This document shows, in pieces, positions 57,871 through 64,000 of a DNA stretch of 64,000 nt. Source of the DNA: Planctomycetota bacterium (GTDB taxonomy: Bacteria; Planctomycetota; B15-G4). Where the stretch lies: positions 76,846-140,845 of the forward strand of contig JAQWOM010000043.1 of the NCBI GenBank assembly GCA_029245865.1, written 5' to 3'. Position numbers and translations under genes: made by a program. The notes under the pieces were generated by a model. The model made no database searches. It was not told where the DNA came from and saw only the letters and a program-made list of their open reading frames with translations. Position 1 is the first letter of the stretch. Each line of letters starts with the position of its first letter.

Positions 57871-60609
57871 CTAGGTCAGATAACGCGGAAACAAGAGCAT
57901 CAAGAGCCACACGATCACAGCAGCGACAGACAGGCGCAGACCCCAGCGATAGCTGGCCGGGTCATAGCGAAACAGCACCGTATGTCGACCTTCAGGAAGA
58001 GGTACGCCGTGCCAGGCAAGGTTCACGTAACGAGTTTCCTGCTCCGGCCCCCCATCCACGGAAGCGGTCCAGCCAGCGGCCTTGTTCTCCGCGAGAATCA
58101 GGACCGTGCTCCCAACCGTCTCAACCTCCACTTCAATCTCTCGACCTCGATGGTCCACGGACAGAACGGTGCCGTGCCCCCCGAGTTCACCTGGCCAACT
58201 CTCCTCAAAAAGCGCGACCTCGCCGGGATCTGCTTCGAGCAGCCTTTCGACTTCATCGTTATGAAGATCCATCTGTTGCCCGACGATGTACGCACGCCCG
58301 TGGTTGTCCATATTTTCCCAGACGCGCACTTCGCTCTCGTGAGCCAGTTCCATCTCTGGAATGTCAGAGAGGTCAACCGTTCGATCCGTGAGGATGTAAC
58401 GAACATCCAACGTGTCGAATCGCGGACTCGCATAGTCAGCTGTCTCGCGCGAGAACGTAAAGTTGGCAAAGGCATCCATTTGGATTGGAACCAGTTGCAA
58501 CCAACGGTGCGTTCGCGAATACCCGAGATTGTCGTAACTCAAGAGATGGTCGACTCCCACGACGAACTGCGTGTCCGGCGGAAGAATCGTCCCTTCCGTA
58601 AAAATACGAAAGGGAGGCTTCTGAGCTCTCAGGAATTCAACGGTCTGCGTTGGAGGAAACAGGTCGTCGGTGTCGCTAGCAACGTTGTAGTGATCACCCA
58701 AGCTCATGACATCCACGGTCACCACGGCGACCAAGACCCAGGTGCCTAAATTACGGTTCTTCATAATCAGCCACCCGAGCCCACCGAGTGACAGGGCAAT
58801 CATGAGGAGATCGCGAGAAGAAAACCGCCGCTCACGACTCACCTGGAGTGCCTGGTCTGCCAGAACGCGACGCTCACCATCATCAATCGCCTCCACGCGC
58901 AGACGGTGGCGCCCCTCTTCCATCCGGTAGGTCATCACACCCTCCCGAAACGGATGCCCCGGGAGGGTTGCAGCTGCCATGCCGGAGCGCAGGACATTGT
59001 CATCCACGAGAATGCGCAGGTCGTCGACTGGCTTCTCGAGATCGAGACAGATGGGCACGACTTGTCGGCCGCTGTACACGATGGCCGGATCCGGCCCCCG
59101 TAGCATGGACGGTGCCGATTCGAGTCCGTCACGGAAGTTGAAGGGCAATCGCAAGACGAGGAAGCCCAACAACAGCGCCATCACCATCGTCACGGCCAGC
59201 CGACCGACACCTTGCAAGACGCCGGGCTTCAATCCGGGTGCCGCGAGGCGGTCGATCACCATCGCCCCCCCGCACGCCGTGCAAAAACCAACCGCACCCA
59301 GCAGGCGCGTCGGAGCCACTTCCGTCAGACCCGGGACCAGGCGTACCAGACCTTCCACCCCAGGCAGATGAAAGGCGGCTCCCCAGAGCAGCAACCCAAC
59401 CAGAGAGAAGAACCGGATGAAACCGTGGCCCATCCCCACGAAAAAACCCAGAGCCAGAAGGATCGGAGGCAGTGCTCCCACATAACCCGCGTTGAGCCCC
59501 GGAAAATCCTGGGCCCCCGTGAACGCCCCTCCACCTGTTGGGTTGCCATAAAGCTCAGGCAGCACGATCACCGAACTCGACACGGCCATCCCCATGCGCC
59601 GCGCCATGACGATTCCCAGGGCGCAAGCAGCCACAGCGAGAATCCGTTTCATGAATCCTGGACTTGCCGAGGCGCGCAAGAGAGCTCCGGCCGTAACGAA
59701 CAAGGCCGTGTAAATCACAGCAGCAAAAGACACACCCCCGGTCTCAACTCTGGATGTCGCGATTTCTCGCAACTGCAAGCCGTGGCTCTCGCGAGCGTAT
59801 TCGAGGAAGGGCACCCACTGCACCGCAGACATGGCCACAGCCAGCAGAACAGCGCCCAGCACCAACATGCGCCCGTGAGCATCCCAAAGCCGGTAAAGCG
59901 CCCAGAGTCCAGACACGAGCCCCGCGACAAAACCTGTTTCTGGGTGACCGCCTATGACAAAGAGTGCAAAGCCAAAGGCAAGCACAGCAACACGACGCCG
60001 ACTGGGATCAGAAACCAGCCTCTCCACTGCCCAGAAAGTGAAGGGCATGGCGAGCAGAGTGTGCGACAGCGCGTATTGCAACCAGAGCACCTGGTGCCCA
60101 CCGAATCCAAACGCGATGGCGCCAAAGGTTGCTGCCCCCAGGGACAAGTTCAATCGCCTGAGAAACAGCCACGTAAAGAAAGCGCTCAGCGACAACACCA
60201 GCACACCCTGAATCCAGGGCAGCCACTCAAGATTGACAAATGCCGCAAGCAGCGTGAGCGGGTGAAGCAGCGAACTCGTGATGTTGCCGAGAAAGGGCTG
60301 TCCGGCCCCGCCACGTGACGTCCAGAGGGCGTCCGCCTCCCCTGCATACACACGCGCCGCTTCCTGAAGGTAGGGGAAGAAGATGCGCGGCTGGTCAACC
60401 AGATAGCTGTTAAGCGACTCCGGGCGCTCAAGTGCGACGTTCCACGGAGCCGAACGGGTCAAGGACTCATGCGCGATCAGAACGCGGCCGGAGCCCAACC
60501 CGTCACGCAACATCCAGGCCGCCATCACCGTAAAAACGGCGAAGGCGATCCAGGCACCGCGACCTCTCGAAGCTGGCACTGTCACTGGCACGGTAGGCAC
60601 CGAGGGCAC
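57871..60609 (-). CDS. YfhO family (GT-C) membrane protein
   Basis: LW..GAGQPFLGN, GGHPET, YVG, polytopic; C-terminal GWTASVDG..GVPLPEGRHTVLFRYDP plus TM; start approximate. Confidence 0.85.
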   Translation of the reverse strand: MPSVPTVPVTVPASRGRGAWIAFAVFTVMAAWMLRDGLGSGRVLIAHESLTRSAPWNVALERPESLNSYLVDQPRIFFPYLQEAARVYAGEADALWTSRGGAGQPFLGNITSSLLHPLTLLAAFVNLEWLPWIQGVLVLSLSAFFTWLFLRRLNLSLGAATFGAIAFGFGGHQVLWLQYALSHTLLAMPFTFWAVERLVSDPSRRRVAVLAFGFALFVIGGHPETGFVAGLVSGLWALYRLWDAHGRMLVLGAVLLAVAMSAVQWVPFLEYARESHGLQLREIATSRVETGGVSFAAVIYTALFVTAGALLRASASPGFMKRILAVAACALGIVMARRMGMAVSSSVIVLPELYGNPTGGGAFTGAQDFPGLNAGYVGALPPILLALGFFVGMGHGFIRFFSLVGLLLWGAAFHLPGVEGLVRLVPGLTEVAPTRLLGAVGFCTACGGAMVIDRLAAPGLKPGVLQGVGRLAVTMVMALLLGFLVLRLPFNFRDGLESAPSMLRGPDPAIVYSGRQVVPICLDLEKPVDDLRILVDDNVLRSGMAAATLPGHPFREGVMTYRMEEGRHRLRVEAIDDGERRVLADQALQVSRERRFSSRDLLMIALSLGGLGWLIMKNRNLGTWVLVAVVTVDVMSLGDHYNVASDTDDLFPPTQTVEFLRAQKPPFRIFTEGTILPPDTQFVVGVDHLLSYDNLGYSRTHRWLQLVPIQMDAFANFTFSRETADYASPRFDTLDVRYILTDRTVDLSDIPEMELAHESEVRVWENMDNHGRAYIVGQQMDLHNDEVERLLEADPGEVALFEESWPGELGGHGTVLSVDHRGREIEVEVETVGSTVLILAENKAAGWTASVDGGPEQETRYVNLAWHGVPLPEGRHTVLFRYDPASYRWGLRLSVAAVIVWLLMLLFPRYLT

Positions 60610-60880
60610 CGGGCAGCCCCCAGAGATGCCGATCACCTGCAGAAAAACGGGGTTCCGCCACCTGTCGAAGGAACAGCATAAGTCCTCACGGGGCACGGGA
60701 CAACGCGTACGAAGCCCCCTGTTTCACAAAGATTGCCTCAACCGGAGGTCCGGCAGCTTCAGCCGATGCCTCTACAGCCTCGATGAGGTAGAGTTCACTT
60801 CTCGTGATGGCCTGCTCAACCGCCTCTTCGGTTGCTGGGCACCCCTCCTCCCTCGCCCACAAAGCCCGCCTGACGCCTCG

Positions 60881-62290
60881 ATGCCCACGTCCCGCAGCGT
60901 GATCGTTCTCGGAGGAGGCTTGGCCGGCCTGTCCGCCGCCCAAAAATTCACCGAAGCCGGTTGGACCGTGACGGTCATCGAGGAACGCTCTGAGGTGGGC
61001 GGCCTAGCCTCCTCTTACGAGAGCGATGGCTACACTTACGACCTGGGCCCGCACCGCTTGTACAGCAACCTTGACTCGCTCAACGAGCACTTCAAGGTCG
61101 TCCTGGATGGGAACTGGGACTATCGCGATCGCCTCTCGCGCATTTTCATGAAGGGTGCGTTCTTCGACTATCCGCTCAAGGCGAGCAACGTTCTCCAGCT
61201 ATCGCCTTGGCTGATCTTTCGGTCGTTCTTCGATTACATCGTTGTGCGCATCCGCAACGCCATCACGCCCATCCCGGACGACAACTTCGAGAACTGGGTC
61301 ATCAAGCGATTTGGCCGAACGCTGTACGAACTCTTCTTTGGCACTTACACGCGCAAGGCATGGGGAATCCCTTGCACACAGATCTCTGCCGACTGGGCCA
61401 ACCAACGAATCTCGCTGCTCTCGCTCTGGGACACCGTCAAGAAGACGTTGTTCAAACCAAAGAACGTCCCACGCACCTACGTCACGCGCTTCCTTTACCC
61501 CAAGACCGGTGGCATTGGCGCGCTCTCCCTGGGCTATCAGCGGCTCATCGAGCAAGAGGGAGGCACGGTGATCTGCGGCGCGAGCGTCAGATCGCTTGAC
61601 AGTGAGGGCAGTCAAATCACGGCCGTGCACTACGAGAAGGACGGCGCACAGCACTCGGCATCCGCTGACCTCGTGGTGAGCACCCTCCCACTCACCATGC
61701 TGGTTCCGATGCTCGGGGAGCGCGTCCCCGTCGAGGCAACCGAAGCCGTTCAAGGACTGATCCACAAGGGGATCGTCTTTGTCTATCTGATGCTTGACCG
61801 CGAGACGCTGACGCCCGACCACTGGGTGTACATCCCTGAGGAACACATCGCGGTGCACCGGATCAGTGAGTTCACCAACTTCTCGCGAGATTGCGCACCG
61901 CCCGGCAAAACCATGGTCTGCGCCGAGATCACCTCAACCAATGGTGATAAGTACTGGACCATGGAGGATGACGACCTGATCAAGCTGGCTGCCGAAAACT
62001 TGGCCGAGTTAAAGCTTCTGGACCCAAGCGAGTTGAAGGACGGCGGATTTGTTCGACGCGTGGACTACGCCTACCCGATTTACGACCTCACCTACCGCGG
62101 ACATGTCCGCACTCTCATCGAATACCTGCGCACTTTCAGCAACATGGTCTCCACTGGACGGCAGGGTCTGTTTCGCTACGGCAACATGGACCACTCTGTC
62201 GCGATGGGTCATGCCGTCGCCCGGCGTATCCTTGAGGACAGCGCTATCGACCACGAACAGATTGCGGCAGGGGACGAGTACTTCGGGTGA
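60881..62290 (+). CDS. FAD-dependent oxidoreductase, HemY/UDP-galactopyranose-mutase-like
   Basis: GGGLAGLSAA, GGLASS, DLGPHR, YTRKAWG, FLYPKTGG, AYPIY, GRQGLFRYGNMDHS. Confidence 0.8.
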   Translation: MPTSRSVIVLGGGLAGLSAAQKFTEAGWTVTVIEERSEVGGLASSYESDGYTYDLGPHRLYSNLDSLNEHFKVVLDGNWDYRDRLSRIFMKGAFFDYPLKASNVLQLSPWLIFRSFFDYIVVRIRNAITPIPDDNFENWVIKRFGRTLYELFFGTYTRKAWGIPCTQISADWANQRISLLSLWDTVKKTLFKPKNVPRTYVTRFLYPKTGGIGALSLGYQRLIEQEGGTVICGASVRSLDSEGSQITAVHYEKDGAQHSASADLVVSTLPLTMLVPMLGERVPVEATEAVQGLIHKGIVFVYLMLDRETLTPDHWVYIPEEHIAVHRISEFTNFSRDCAPPGKTMVCAEITSTNGDKYWTMEDDDLIKLAAENLAELKLLDPSELKDGGFVRRVDYAYPIYDLTYRGHVRTLIEYLRTFSNMVSTGRQGLFRYGNMDHSVAMGHAVARRILEDSAIDHEQIAAGDEYFG

Positions 62291-63237
62291 CCCCGGGCGG
62301 TTCGTCATCTCCGCAGCCCACGGCGCCCGGGCCTTCTTCTCAGGACGCCATGAGCATGCGAGAAATGCCGTGCTTATTCTGCGGAACTCACGACGAGCGC
62401 GTTCGTTTTCACGATGGCGCCTACCGCGTGGTCGAGTGTTCACGATGCGGGCTTGTTTACGTCAACCCTCGCTTGCCGACCGAGCAACTCCACGAGATGT
62501 ACCAGGACGAATACTGGAACAGCGACCGAGCCAAAGAATTCGGCTACGCCCAGTATCTATCTGACGCAGACAACTACATCAGGACTTACCAACGCCGCGC
62601 CGCCCTCCTCGATGCCTTCAAGCCTCGGCCTGGACGCGTCCTCGATGTGGGGTGCGCTGCTGGCTTTTTCCTCAAAGTGTGTCGCGACAAAGGCTGGCAA
62701 ACAGAAGGCATTGAGATCGCACGCCCCATGATCGAATACGCGGAGCAATCTCTCGGTCTCTCCAACATGCACCGAGGTGATCTTCTGTCCGTGGATCTAC
62801 CCGAAGCATCGTTTGACGTCCTGAGCATGTGGGACGTGATTGAGCACCTGGAAGAGCCCCTTGAGCACCTCCATCGAGCGCGCAAGCTCCTCCGAGAGGA
62901 TGGAATCCTCGTACTGGAGACGCAGAACGTGGATTCGCGCTTCGCAAAAATCATGGGACGCAGGTGGCAGCACTACAAACACGAGGAACACCTCTACCAC
63001 TTTTCTCCGAGCACGCTCGATCACTTGCTGCGGCAAGCCGGCTTCGAAGTGTTAAGAAACACGCCTCGTGGCGGAGGCAAATACGTCTCCATGGACTTCC
63101 TCGTGGAACGCGTCGGCAAGATTCACCCAGTTCTCTCGGCTCTGGCCAGCCCACTGCTGCTCATGCGCGGTTTCGCCCCCTACATCAACTTGCTCGACGA
63201 GATGGTTGTCGTGGCTTGCAAGTCGCCCGACGCGTGA
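62287..63237 (+). CDS. Class I SAM-dependent methyltransferase with N-terminal CxxC..CxxC
   Basis: CLFC, CSRCGL, VLDVGCAAG, WDVIEHL, EHLYHFS. Confidence 0.88.
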   Translation: MTPGGSSSPQPTAPGPSSQDAMSMREMPCLFCGTHDERVRFHDGAYRVVECSRCGLVYVNPRLPTEQLHEMYQDEYWNSDRAKEFGYAQYLSDADNYIRTYQRRAALLDAFKPRPGRVLDVGCAAGFFLKVCRDKGWQTEGIEIARPMIEYAEQSLGLSNMHRGDLLSVDLPEASFDVLSMWDVIEHLEEPLEHLHRARKLLREDGILVLETQNVDSRFAKIMGRRWQHYKHEEHLYHFSPSTLDHLLRQAGFEVLRNTPRGGGKYVSMDFLVERVGKIHPVLSALASPLLLMRGFAPYINLLDEMVVVACKSPDA

Positions 63238-64000
63238 GCGGGGTGCTGATCTCCGCCCTTGCGCTCTTCGGCGCTTTTCTGACCGGACTCGCGGGCCGCA
63301 CACTCCGCGGCGGACTCTATGCAGGCCTGGTGCTGCTGCTTTCTCTTCCGCTGCTGTTTCCCGACTCCGGACACATGAACGCGGCGGACAGTTCCTTGGA
63401 AAGCGCTCCCTTCCCTCCCGTACAGCTCACCGAACTGATCTTGCCCGACCTGTGGCAACCTCTACCCGCCGCGACTCCCAATCTGATCACTCTGGCTCTG
63501 AACAAGCGTGCGCCCAGCCTGCAATCGCAGAGTTTGGAGCCCTCTCGAGAGGGCCGCTTGTATGTCAGCCTCGGCGCCCTATGCCTCGCCATGATGGCCT
63601 TGGTGGGCGTTCGAGGTCGCACCGCATGGATGGCCAGAGTCTTTCTGGCATTCGGACTGCTTCTGGCATGCCTCGCACCTGGAACGACTCTCCCAGAAGG
63701 CCCTCTCCTCGGGCAATGGAACGCGAACGATCTCGGGCTGCTGATGACATGCCTCTCTCTCGCGACCTTGGCGGGCCTCGGCCTGGGGTCTCTCAAGCCG
63801 CTACAAGAACATGACCCGGTGGCAGCTGCTCTGTTCCTCGGCGCCTTGGTCGTCATCCTCTTCGCTGGTTTGGGCGCATGGGCGGCCTGGGCCGGCTCGA
63901 GTACACCTCAGCAGATCGTCGAGCCCTTCCTTGAGCGCCTGGATCGACAAGGAGCCCTCTCTCCCTCCCCCCAGGCATGCAGCGCCACAGCAGCCCACCT
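63234..64000 (+). CDS. Polytopic membrane protein, partial (runs off the window end)
   Basis: Hand translation from the GTGA overlap: MSGVLISALALFGAFLTGLAGRTLRGGLYAGLVLLLSLP..., hydrophobic, no stop seen. Confidence 0.6.
   Translation, partial: MSGVLISALALFGAFLTGLAGRTLRGGLYAGLVLLLSLPLLFPDSGHMNAADSSLESAPFPPVQLTELILPDLWQPLPAATPNLITLALNKRAPSLQSQSLEPSREGRLYVSLGALCLAMMALVGVRGRTAWMARVFLAFGLLLACLAPGTTLPEGPLLGQWNANDLGLLMTCLSLATLAGLGLGSLKPLQEHDPVAAALFLGALVVILFAGLGAWAAWAGSSTPQQIVEPFLERLDRQGALSPSPQACSATAAH

Overview
High-GC bacterial chromosome segment. It is most likely a planctomycete (inferred from gene content and protein style, not tested). Most of it is core genome. An Opp-type ABC transporter, ridA, coaD, comEC-comM, a GT-C/TPR protein, a phosphohexomutase, proline dehydrogenase, phosphoesterases and an amidohydrolase lie at the left. 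A ~26 kb minus-strand run goes from tRNA-Arg through tadA, two tRNA-Ser, SRP RNA, dnaX-ybaB-recR-rpoN-truA-hpf-ptsN-ptsH, rne, rplU-rpmA-obg, a GspC-like PDZ protein, coaX and an mnmE-like GTPase. The right end holds an NSS transporter, the prkA-yeaH-spoVR operon and a glycosylation cluster. The standout region is 17-33 kb. It encodes three giant paralogous acidic lipoproteins (~1280-1670 aa), each with Cys followed by 12-14 Gly, Ig-like repeats and a shared C-terminal motif. Two of them carry a Gly-rich core and a propeller-like insertion, and the third has a Cys/Pro-rich half. They sit with a small Ig-like protein and a prepilin peptidase, with a GspC-like protein nearby, which suggests an uncharacterised surface-lipoprotein export or assembly system. 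Other notable items are a histone-H1-like protein made almost only of 20 KKATR repeats, an SRP RNA with a UGAC (URRC) loop, two probable CTG starts in CTGA stop/start overlaps, and an RNase E with a ~300 aa charged insertion in its S1 domain. No mobile element or CRISPR array was seen. All calls are by eye; no database search was run.
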